A stretch of 64,000 nucleotides of DNA, from positions 1,320 through 65,319 of the forward strand of contig JBMOQZ010000309.1 in assembly GCA_049322475.1 (NCBI GenBank), read 5' to 3'. The position numbers were made by a program, and so were the translations under genes. The notes beneath the pieces were generated by a model that did no database searches, had not been told where the DNA came from, and saw only the letters and a list, made by a program, of their open reading frames with translations. Origin of the DNA: Myxococcota bacterium (GTDB lineage Bacteria > Myxococcota_A > UBA796 > SXON01). Positions 46,056 through 54,081 of the stretch are shown in pieces (the stretch's first letter is position 1; each line of letters begins with the position of its first letter).

Positions 46056-46814
46056 TCAGCAGCGGGCCTGGCGGACGCGCACCTTGCCGTAGAAGGAGAG
46101 CTTCAGGGCGGTGGTCGTCGAGCCGGCCGTGTAGTTGATCGTGACGGGCACGCCGGCCTTCAGCACGCGGCCGGAGAACCCGGGCCCGTGGTAGGCGGTC
46201 GGCGCGAGCAGGGCCGCGTCGAGGTTGTCCAGCACCACCGGGTCGTCGCCGGAGATGATGGTGTTGATCGTCGCGCTGGTGTCGCCCGTCGCGAAGATCT
46301 TGGACAGGTGGAGGCTCGTCCGCGGCGTGAGGGTCACGCTCATGGACTGGCCCAGCGCGGTGGCCACGGAACCGGTGACGGTGACGTTGCGCTGCACGAC
46401 CTTCCCCTTGCTCGCCTTCTTGAGGCGGCCCTTGAGCTGCTTGTTCTGGCGCGCGAGGCGGCTCTGGCGACGCTTGCTGCGGCGCTGGGCCCGGCGACGC
46501 TTGCGGGCCGCTCCGACGTCGTCGCCGAAGTCGTCGCCCAGGTCGTCCCCGAGGTCGTCGCCCAGGTCGTCCCCGAGGTCGTCGCCCAGGTCGTCCCCGA
46601 GGTCGTCGCCCAGGTCGTCGCCGAAGTCGTCGCCGAAGTCGTCCCCGAGGTCGTCCCCGAGGTCGTCCCCGTCGTCCTCGTCGTCGTCGCCGTCGAAGTC
46701 GGCGCCGAAGCCGGGGTGGCGGAAGCCGTCGAGCGAGGCGCGCAGGGAGGTGCGGTCGACGAGGCACTCCCCGTCGGCGGTGAAGGTGACGAGGGCCCAG
46801 ATGGGAGCGGTCAT
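46056..46814 (-). CDS. Protein with 13 tandem GDD[LFV] repeats, an Arg/Lys block and a C-terminal beta-rich domain
   Basis: ATG at 46814. ..DGDDDEDDGDDLGDDLGDDFGDDF(GDDL)x7GDDFGDDVGAARKRRRAQRRSKRRQSRLARQNKQLKGRLKKASKGK.. is followed by about 130 aa of beta-strand-like sequence. Confidence 0.6.
   Translation of the reverse strand: MTAPIWALVTFTADGECLVDRTSLRASLDGFRHPGFGADFDGDDDEDDGDDLGDDLGDDFGDDFGDDLGDDLGDDLGDDLGDDLGDDLGDDLGDDFGDDVGAARKRRRAQRRSKRRQSRLARQNKQLKGRLKKASKGKVVQRNVTVTGSVATALGQSMSVTLTPRTSLHLSKIFATGDTSATINTIISGDDPVVLDNLDAALLAPTAYHGPGFSGRVLKAGVPVTINYTAGSTTTALKLSFYGKVRVRQARC
46518..46670. repeat. Coding tandem repeat, 12-nt unit (24-nt super-unit gtcgtcgcccaggtcgtccccgag), about 13 copies
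   Basis: Read directly from the sequence. Encodes the GDD[LFV] array of the minus-strand gene 46056..46814. Confidence 0.9.
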
Positions 46815-46885
46815 GGCAGTTGTCCTTGGGTGAAGAGGAAATTCAGGAGTTGGGTGGATGGGTGGGAGACGCGGAGGGGCGGCGA

Positions 46886-47536
46886 CTACTCGTCGTCCTC
46901 CTCGCGGTCGCGGCGGGCGCGGATGAAGCGCTGCTTGCGGCGGCGGCGCCGACCGGCGACGTCGTCGTCGCCCTCGGTGCCCGGCGTCATCCGGACCATG
47001 CGGGCGATCTCGCCGATGTCGTCGGCCGCGATCTGGCGCGCCGCGGGGACGCCGGCGGTGGCCGGCGCGGCGCCGGGGGCCGGCGCGGCGGCCGGGGCGG
47101 GGGTCGTGGCCGGCGGCGTCGCCGGGGCGTTCTTCTTGTCGGCGAGCGCGCGGCCGGCGTGGCGACCGATGCGCCCGACGCCCGCGGCGAGGAGACCGTT
47201 GCCGATCGCCAGCGCGTGGCTGCCGCCCTTGCCGTTCATCGCCTGGTAGAGGCCGTAGCCGCCGACGACGAGGCCGCCGCCGATGCGCAGGTCGACGGGC
47301 CCGAGGTCCATCTTCTCCTCGCCGAGGTACCCCTCCGCGAAGGACGCCGCGAACACCGTGCCCTGCGTCTCGGCCGTGGCGATCATCGCCTCGGCGATGG
47401 ACTCGGTCACTTCCTTGGCGCGCTCGATGCGGCCGCCGAGGCTCTTGATCTTGTCCACGGCCTCGTTGAGGAGGCCGGTCTTCTTGCTGTCGGCCGGCTT
47501 CTCGCCTGCGATGACCTTCTGGAGGGCGGTGCTCAT
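46886..47536 (-). CDS. Hypothetical protein (216 aa) with a glycine-zipper-like hydrophobic core and a basic/acidic tail
   Basis: ATG at 47536. GGGLVVGGYGLYQAMNGKGGSHALAIGNGLLAAGVG. Tail is GRRRRRKQRFIRARRDREEDDE. Confidence 0.55.
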   Translation of the reverse strand: MSTALQKVIAGEKPADSKKTGLLNEAVDKIKSLGGRIERAKEVTESIAEAMIATAETQGTVFAASFAEGYLGEEKMDLGPVDLRIGGGLVVGGYGLYQAMNGKGGSHALAIGNGLLAAGVGRIGRHAGRALADKKNAPATPPATTPAPAAAPAPGAAPATAGVPAARQIAADDIGEIARMVRMTPGTEGDDDVAGRRRRRKQRFIRARRDREEDDE

Positions 47537-47647
47537 GGGTGCGTTCCTGGTGAGGGTGCCGGCTGCGCCGGGGGAGAGGAGCGACCGGGGAGCCCGGCCG
47601 ACGCAGACCATGTTGCGCGCCGAACGTCCGGATGGAAGGGTGTTTTG

Positions 47648-47721
47648 CCAACCGCAGCCAACCGCGGTGGGGGCGGGTTTTGCGGTTGGCGAGGCCTTCC
47701 GTGGACCGGCTGCGCGGTTGG
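47648..47721. promoter_or_regulatory. Four GCGGTTGG motifs (two reverse, two forward) in the divergent intergenic region 47537-47800
   Basis: CCAACCGC at 47648 and 47658. GCGGTTGG at 47682 and 47714. The two inner copies are each preceded by TTTTG. Confidence 0.55.
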
Positions 47722-47800
47722 TAGACCGGGGGGCCCAAGGGAGCGCGGCTGGGGGACTCTTGGAAGTTGTCGCGCCTGCCCGGCTCCGCTACCTGAGCGA

Positions 47801-48295
47801 ATGACGACCTGGTTCGTGTTTCACGGAGTGACCTTCGACCACGAGTTCCACGGAGGCTTCCTGTGGGCACCCTCCGCCGATCGGGACGGGAAGCGGAAAC
47901 CCGATTGGCTCGCCGTCGGAGAGGTGCGCCGCGGCGACGTCGTCTACTCGTGCAGGGCGCGCATCATCACGCACGTCCTTGTCGCCACCGCGGATGGAGC
48001 CGCTGCAAGGCGCCCCGCTCCACCCTATCCGCACCCCGACGGCGCCACCTCGGATGGGAATTCCGTGGCAGTGCGGTACGCCGAACTGCCACGGCCGCGG
48101 GTTGCGCTGGACACCATCAAACGGGAGGCGCTGGAGCTGTTCACCGGGCCCGGTGGTCCCCTCGACCAGCGTGGGCACGGGAACATGGGATACCTGTACC
48201 GGCTCAACGAGGGTGCGGCCGAGTACCTGCGAGCACGAGCGTTACGAGTGTTTGAGCCAGAGCTTGAGCGCATTCGCGCTCAAGCGCTCCAGTAG
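47801..48295 (+). CDS. PUA-like/EVE-like protein (tentative), paralogue of 7764..8225
   Basis: ATG at 47801 (MTTWFVFHGV..). See the alignment noted for 7764..8225. Confidence 0.5.
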   Translation: MTTWFVFHGVTFDHEFHGGFLWAPSADRDGKRKPDWLAVGEVRRGDVVYSCRARIITHVLVATADGAAARRPAPPYPHPDGATSDGNSVAVRYAELPRPRVALDTIKREALELFTGPGGPLDQRGHGNMGYLYRLNEGAAEYLRARALRVFEPELERIRAQALQ

Positions 48296-48363
48296 GGACC
48301 CGGCACAAGCCAAGGTATTGAGGCCGTGGTCGGACCTTCAGGAAGCCGCGGCGACGGCGACCC

Positions 48364-50031
48364 CTACTTTGCACCTCCCTTGGCTTGCAGGGACTGGAAC
48401 GCTCGCAGAACTCCGGCCGGGAGCGCGGCGGTCGCGGTCCCCTCGATGCGCGAAAGCGTCGCCTGCCCAATGCCGAGCCTCGCCCCGAGCTCCTTCTGCG
48501 TGAGGCCACGGGCACGCCTGTAGGCGAACAGGTCGGCGCCTGTGACGGTCGCCTCGCCGGCCGGCGGCGGGAGCGCCTTGGCGGCGACGGGCGCGACCGC
48601 TTGCTGCGGCAGCGGGGGCTGGGGCGCGAGAGTGGGCACGACGAGCGCCTCGACGAGGTCGCGGACGGAGCGGACGCGCCATGGTCCGTCCGCTCTCGCC
48701 GCAAGGGCGGCGACCGCGTTGGCGAGCGCCGCGGTGATGTCGTCGGCCACCGTGACGAACCGCTGCGCCTCCTCGCCCCGGAGCGCGACGATCGCGAAGG
48801 CACGGGCGGGACCGACGGCCACCTGTGGCGCCGGGGCCGCGGGCGGCGCAGCCTGAACCGGGGCGACTGCGGCAGCGGTTTCCTCGAGGGCAGGCTCGAC
48901 GACTACGACCGCGGGCTGCTCGACGGACAGCGGGGCGGGCGCGACTGGCGCCGGTCTCCCTGCCGGGATGCCGTGGCGCTTCCGGTACATGCGGACGCCC
49001 TCCGAGGTCAGCCCCGACCGCGAGGCCACCTCGGCGTCGCTCAGCACGCCGATGATGTCGAGGAAGGCGTCGAGTTTCGAGGAGCGACGCGAGCGGGACT
49101 CGCTCGGCGCCGCGACGTGCTCGTCCGGCGGCTGCACGGGCTCCGCCTTCTCGGGCGGGGGCCGGCCCTCGTAGCCAGGGATCCCCCGCCGCGACCGGTA
49201 CTTCGCCACCGCGTGCGACGACACGCCCGCCATCGCGGCGATCTCCGAGTCCGGCGCGGTGCCGAGCAGGTCCCGGAAGGGCTCGATGGCGGAGCGCTTC
49301 GTGCGCTCCGTGGGCTCGCTTGCCGACGTGGCGGCTGGCTTGCGCGCCTCCCCGGTCCGGTAGCGGAACCCGTCGTAGGCCGGGATGCCGAGCTTCCGGC
49401 GGTAGGCGCCGATGACGCCGCGACTCACGCCGGCCTCGTCGGCGATGACGTCGTCCGCGATGGTACCGAGTCGTTCGCGGTAGACGGCCAGGGGATCCGC
49501 CGGCGCCTCCTGCGCGGCCTCGACCGTGGAGGGCGGCCGCCGGACTGTCTCGGTCGGTGACCCCTCCGTGGAGACGCGACGACGCAGCACAACGGACTCG
49601 GCGTCCCCGTTCTGCACCCGGACGGAGGGGAGCGGCTCCTGCCTCGGCGCCGTGCCAAGGCCGGGCGGCGGCCGCAGGAACGGCGCGATCCCGTGCTCGC
49701 GGCGGTACACCTTCACCTCGTCCACGGACACGCCGGCCAGCTGCGCGACCTCGGCGTCCGGCATGCGGCCCACCTTGCTCCGGTGGCGATCGAGGGGCGC
49801 GCGGTCGTCCGTCGGCGGTGCCTCGGGCGGCGCGGGATCGTCCGCGGACTTGCGCTTGGGTCCGCGGGGCATGTTCACCTTGGTCTCGCCCGCCAGCTCG
49901 AGCGCGCGTCGGAGCGTGTGTATCGGGAGTCCGAACCGCTCCGACAGCGCGGCGTACGACAGGGTGTCCTTGATCGAGAGCAGCTCCGGCCACCACGGGG
50001 CCGAGGGGACGTCTTGGGGGGCGATGCTCAT
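48364..50031 (-). CDS. DNA-binding protein with 4-5 tandem HTH repeats plus a C-terminal XRE-type HTH (555 aa)
   Basis: ATG at 50031. Repeats are DAEVAQLAGVSVDEVKVYRREHGIAPF, DDVIADEAGVSRGVIGAYRRKLGIPAY, DSEIAAMAGVSSHAVAKYRSRRGIPGY and DAEVASRSGLTSEGVRMYRKRHGIPAG. The C-terminus is RRARGLTQKELGARLGIGQATLSRIEG. Confidence 0.7.
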   Translation of the reverse strand: MSIAPQDVPSAPWWPELLSIKDTLSYAALSERFGLPIHTLRRALELAGETKVNMPRGPKRKSADDPAPPEAPPTDDRAPLDRHRSKVGRMPDAEVAQLAGVSVDEVKVYRREHGIAPFLRPPPGLGTAPRQEPLPSVRVQNGDAESVVLRRRVSTEGSPTETVRRPPSTVEAAQEAPADPLAVYRERLGTIADDVIADEAGVSRGVIGAYRRKLGIPAYDGFRYRTGEARKPAATSASEPTERTKRSAIEPFRDLLGTAPDSEIAAMAGVSSHAVAKYRSRRGIPGYEGRPPPEKAEPVQPPDEHVAAPSESRSRRSSKLDAFLDIIGVLSDAEVASRSGLTSEGVRMYRKRHGIPAGRPAPVAPAPLSVEQPAVVVVEPALEETAAAVAPVQAAPPAAPAPQVAVGPARAFAIVALRGEEAQRFVTVADDITAALANAVAALAARADGPWRVRSVRDLVEALVVPTLAPQPPLPQQAVAPVAAKALPPPAGEATVTGADLFAYRRARGLTQKELGARLGIGQATLSRIEGTATAALPAGVLRAFQSLQAKGGAK

Positions 50032-50114
50032 GCGCGTGTCTACCGGGCTCGGCGGAGGGTAGCGCGACGGCTCCGCGCCGCACAAACCGCGCCTCACAGG
50101 TACACTCGCGACAG

Positions 50115-51788
50115 ATGACCATCGGTACGCACACCCCGAGGCGTCCGGATGACGCCGGCCTGAGCATCGGTGAGCACGCCAATACCGGCGTGGCTGAGCT
50201 GTTGGATCGCGCTTGGCGCGCGTGGGATCTCGGCGACGGCGAAGGCCTCCTCGCCCTGATCGCGCAGGCCCGCAAGCTCGGGCCCCTCGACCTCGCGACC
50301 GTCGCATGGATGGACGAGGCCGAGGCCGTGGCGCGCGAGCAGGCCGACATCGCGCGGTTCCAGCGGACGCGCGCACTGCTCCGGGGCGGCAACCTCCCCG
50401 ACGGGCTGCGTGCCTGGCTCGGCCTCTCCTCCTCCGCGCGCGCCGCGATCCGGCAGGAATTCGACCTGCGCGAGTTCCGCTGGCTCGACGAGCTGGACGC
50501 CGGGCGGCTCGACGCGGTGCTCGCGCTCGGGCGCGCCCTCGCCGCGATGGAAGGGGGCGACGTCGGCGAGGCACGCGCCCTGCTCGATCCGCACCGGCGG
50601 CTCCTGGAGGCGCTCCCCGACGGGCGCGACGCGCTGGAGCGAGCGCGGGCCGCCCCCGCACACGCGCCGAAGGAGGAGCCGGTCCGCGTCGTCGCCCCGC
50701 CGCCGCCCGCGAGCTCGGTGTCGATCGCCGCGCTGGCATCGCACATGGCCGCGGGGGGCACGTTCAAGGTGGAGGCCCCCTCCGCCGACTGGTCCCTCGT
50801 GCTCGCGCTGGCGCTGCGCGACCTGTTGCCCGGGAAGGACGCGGATGGCGACCTCGCGCGGATCCAGAAGGTGATCGACGGGCGCGATGCCTGGAAGGGG
50901 CTCCCCGCCGCCCTTGCCGTGCGCCTCATCGAGCTCATCGCGGCGCGTCTCCGCTCGCTGCAGGTCGCCGGGATGCCCGATCGACGCATCGACCTCGCGT
51001 TCTCCTGCATCTCCACGTGGATGAAGAAGGAGAAGCCAGGCTTCGCCTACGGTCTGATGCGCGAGCACCGTCCGCGCGGGAATTCCTGGGAGGAGGACGT
51101 GGACGCGGCCGTCGACGACCTCTACGACGCCCTGCCGGCCACGGAGCCCACGCCCAAGGTGGGGAAGCGCCTCGCAGCCCTCGAGGCGCTCGTCGGCGAG
51201 TTGGGCACCTGCCCGGAGGAGCTGCGTGACGCGGTGCGCGCGCAGATCCGCGCCGAGGTGAGCGTGCTGCTCGCGGAAGGCGTATCTGCGCGGAACACGC
51301 GCTTGGTGCACATCGTCGCGCCGGTGGCCGACGAGCTCACCGGGCCCGACATGCGTACCCTTCGGCGTGCCGCGCGCGCCGCGGTCGCCTCCGCCGCGGC
51401 GGAGCCCGAGGACGACGACGAGGTCGAGGGCCCCATCCCGGACGACTGGGCCTGGTGGTGGGTGACGCGAGGGAAGCGCGCCGTGATGGTGGGGGGCGAC
51501 CCGCGCGAGCCCAACCGCGTGCGTCTCGAGAAGGCCTTCGCGTTCAGCGAGCTCGCGTGGGAGCAGGCCGAGTACAGCCGCAACTCGCTCCAGAAGGTCC
51601 GCGACCGCGTTCGCAACGGAGGCGTGGACATGGTGATCATCCTGTCGCGCTTCGTGGGGCACGACGCCGACGAGGTCATCCAGCCCTCGTGCCGGGAAAC
51701 CGGCGTGCATTTCGTCGCGGTGAAGAGCGGCTACGGAGTGGCTGGCATCCGCCGGGCGATCGAGCGCTTCGTGTCGCTTGGGAGGTGA
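50115..51788 (+). CDS. Hypothetical protein (557 aa) with a DUF2325-like C-terminal domain
   Basis: KRAVMVGGDPRE.., GGVDMVIILSRFVGHDADEVI and GVHFVAVKSGYGVAGI resemble DUF2325 as I recall it. Divergent from the multi-HTH gene (83-bp spacer). Confidence 0.5.
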   Translation: MTIGTHTPRRPDDAGLSIGEHANTGVAELLDRAWRAWDLGDGEGLLALIAQARKLGPLDLATVAWMDEAEAVAREQADIARFQRTRALLRGGNLPDGLRAWLGLSSSARAAIRQEFDLREFRWLDELDAGRLDAVLALGRALAAMEGGDVGEARALLDPHRRLLEALPDGRDALERARAAPAHAPKEEPVRVVAPPPPASSVSIAALASHMAAGGTFKVEAPSADWSLVLALALRDLLPGKDADGDLARIQKVIDGRDAWKGLPAALAVRLIELIAARLRSLQVAGMPDRRIDLAFSCISTWMKKEKPGFAYGLMREHRPRGNSWEEDVDAAVDDLYDALPATEPTPKVGKRLAALEALVGELGTCPEELRDAVRAQIRAEVSVLLAEGVSARNTRLVHIVAPVADELTGPDMRTLRRAARAAVASAAAEPEDDDEVEGPIPDDWAWWWVTRGKRAVMVGGDPREPNRVRLEKAFAFSELAWEQAEYSRNSLQKVRDRVRNGGVDMVIILSRFVGHDADEVIQPSCRETGVHFVAVKSGYGVAGIRRAIERFVSLGR

Positions 51789-51791
51789 GCG

Positions 51792-52094
51792 ATGGGGAAG
51801 TGGAAGCCGCGCGGAGATGTGAAGCTGGACCGCGGGCAGTTCACGATCACTACGCCGGACGAAGGCGCGGTCCTGCAGGAGCTCATCGAGCGCGCGGCGG
51901 TCAACACCGTGAAGCCCGGGCACGCGTGGTCGCGGATCGAGGCGAAGGTCGACGAGAAGGGGAAGCCGCTCCGCATCGGCTACCTGACGTTCCACCTCGA
52001 CGCGCACAAGCGCGTGCTCGAAGTCGTCGAGACCTGGGACGGGAAGGAGACGGCGAGGCGGACGCGGTCGCTCGACGAGGGCGGGGCGAACTGA
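51792..52094 (+). CDS. Hypothetical protein (100 aa)
   Basis: Starts 4 nt after the preceding stop. Its last 12 codons lie inside repeat copy 52058..52104. Confidence 0.5.
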   Translation: MGKWKPRGDVKLDRGQFTITTPDEGAVLQELIERAAVNTVKPGHAWSRIEAKVDEKGKPLRIGYLTFHLDAHKRVLEVVETWDGKETARRTRSLDEGGAN

Positions 52095-52104
52095 CCTACG
52101 TTCC
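52058..52104. repeat. 47-bp direct repeat, copy 1
   Basis: gcggacgcggtcgctcgacgagggcggggCgaactgacctacgttcc. Identical to 52477..52523 except for one base. Confidence 0.9.
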
Positions 52105-52159
52105 GGGCGCTCGGGCACATGGCGAGGCCATGCCCGCTCATCAGGGCGCCCGCAGAATG

Positions 52160-52357
52160 TCAGCGCCGCTGGCGTCCCGTGAGGTAGGCCGATGTCGAGC
52201 CGTCCCAGCCGCAACGTGCGCAGCGCTGCTCCGCCCAGACGTGTTCGCAGGCAGGGTGGCCGTACAGCTGGTGAGCACACTCCGCGCAGAGGTGCGTCAT
52301 GACGGATGCTTGAGGCAGAAAGGTGCTGCCGCACTCATCGCACCGCTTCTGGTCCAT
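52160..52357 (-). CDS. Small zinc-ribbon protein (65 aa; may start further upstream at a non-ATG codon)
   Basis: MDQKRCDECGSTF..HLCAECAHQLYGHPACEHVW..RCARCGW. Lies entirely between the two 47-bp repeat copies. Confidence 0.4.
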   Translation of the reverse strand: MDQKRCDECGSTFLPQASVMTHLCAECAHQLYGHPACEHVWAEQRCARCGWDGSTSAYLTGRQRR

Positions 52358-52476
52358 GCCGGACGATTGGCACGCCGCCCGTTGCTGGTCAAACTCATAG
52401 GCCCGTTTCGCGAGCTCCCGGACCTTCTCGACGAGGACGGTCGCCTCGGCGAGGTGATGGCCCTCGAGCAAGCGAA

Positions 52477-52523
52477 GCGGACGCGGTCGCTCGACGAGGG
52501 CGGGGAGAACTGACCTACGTTCC
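52477..52523. repeat. 47-bp direct repeat, copy 2
   Basis: See 52058..52104. Overlaps the stop codon (52515-52517) of the minus-strand gene 52515..54032. Confidence 0.9.
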
Positions 52524-54032
52524 CCTCCTGCGCAACCGCGCGACCTGCCACGGGAGCGAGTCGCCGTCGAGATTGCGCGCCGTGAAGCCACCCCAGGAGC
52601 CCCCGCCGCTCTCGAGCGGCTTCCGGCAGCGGCGCGCGTCGTCCCAGGCCCGGAAGTAGAGGTACTCGTCCTTGTTCGCCGGGTCCTTCCACGGCGCAGG
52701 GAATGATGGGGCCTCCGCCTCGTACCAGGCCCGGTCCTTCGCAACGTAGGCGTCCATCTCCTCGTCCATGGTCGCGGGGTCCACGATGTCGAGCACGTGC
52801 TCGCCGACGAGCGTGAAGCCCGCGGGGTCCTCGCGGAGGAGCGCGTGGCCCACCGCGCCGTGCTGCCCGAACAAGCGGACCCACCGCGTGAAGCCTGCGC
52901 GCGCGAAGACCTCGGGGATGACCGGCTCCGGCACGTGCTGCGGCAGCGGGATGGGCCACGCGAGGTCCGCGAGGACGGGAGCCTCGATGCGGATGGTCCC
53001 CGAAGACACGCCTACCACCTTGCCGTCCTTGTTCTCGATGACGCCGGGGTCCTGGTCGGGCACATCGACCTGCTCGGCTTCTTCCTTCGGTGGCTTGGGG
53101 GGACGCGGACGGATGCGCGCGACCTCCTCACGCCACGCGGCCACCGCCTCGTCGAACCCGGGACCGAATGCGAGCGCCTTCCCCTCGAAGGCGTCGACCA
53201 CCACCCACCCGGCACCCGCGGGGATTCGCCCCTCGAACGCGGCCTCGCGCAGCGCCCACAACGCGCGGCTCCACGCGCCCGAGACGCCCGCGGGCATCGG
53301 GAGTGGGAACAGCATGCGGTGCGGCACCGCGCGCGCGGGCTCCATCTCGAGGACCATCTCGGCGAGGCGTTCGATCGCCTGTCCCTTCCGGTCGAGGTCC
53401 GCGCGGCACAGGAGCGGGAGCGGCGTGGGCGTCGGCGGACGGGAGAGTGGGTCGACGACGAAGGGCCGCGTCGTCCAGTACCGCCCGTAGGTGAAGGTGT
53501 CGCCGGCGGACCACACGGCTTCGCAGCGGAGGCCCCGATCGTCGTAGCGGATCTCGACCGAGGCGTGGCCCGCGCGGATGTGGAGCTCGCCGCCGCGCAT
53601 GAGCGGCCCGGTCGGGACGATGTCCGGCTCGGGGTCCTTCTCCCAGTACGGCGGGTCGCCGGGCTTCCAGTCGTCGGGCTCGTCCTCCGGCTTGAGCCCG
53701 CCCGGGTTGTACATGACCGGCCCCTTCCACTGCCCGATGCCCGCGATCCAGGCATGCTCGAGGAGCGGCACCGGGACGATCCAGTCCGGGCGCTCGGGGT
53801 CGCGCAGGTAGAGGCGCCTGCGGATTTCGCCGCCCTCCGGGTCGATCCACGCGCGCGCGCCGAGCGTCTCGACGACGAGGTCGAACAGACGGGCCGCATG
53901 GTTCATCGTCGCGACCGACCGGAGGATGGCGAGCTGCGCGGCCTGCTGCGGGAGGTGCCCGACCGTGAGGAGTCCCTCGCGTTCGTCCCAGACCTTGTAG
54001 TGCTCCTGGAGCTCGCCCATGGGTGCGAGCAT
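52515..54032 (-). CDS. Hypothetical protein (about 501-505 aa)
   Basis: Coherent ORF with candidate starts at 54032 or 54020 (MLAPMGELQEHYKVW..). No motif recognised. Confidence 0.55.
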   Translation of the reverse strand: MLAPMGELQEHYKVWDEREGLLTVGHLPQQAAQLAILRSVATMNHAARLFDLVVETLGARAWIDPEGGEIRRRLYLRDPERPDWIVPVPLLEHAWIAGIGQWKGPVMYNPGGLKPEDEPDDWKPGDPPYWEKDPEPDIVPTGPLMRGGELHIRAGHASVEIRYDDRGLRCEAVWSAGDTFTYGRYWTTRPFVVDPLSRPPTPTPLPLLCRADLDRKGQAIERLAEMVLEMEPARAVPHRMLFPLPMPAGVSGAWSRALWALREAAFEGRIPAGAGWVVVDAFEGKALAFGPGFDEAVAAWREEVARIRPRPPKPPKEEAEQVDVPDQDPGVIENKDGKVVGVSSGTIRIEAPVLADLAWPIPLPQHVPEPVIPEVFARAGFTRWVRLFGQHGAVGHALLREDPAGFTLVGEHVLDIVDPATMDEEMDAYVAKDRAWYEAEAPSFPAPWKDPANKDEYLYFRAWDDARRCRKPLESGGGSWGGFTARNLDGDSLPWQVARLRRRGT

Positions 54033-54081
54033 ACGCCTTCGCCGGAGGGCCTTCGCGATAGAGTTGCGTCCGAAGGTGCCC

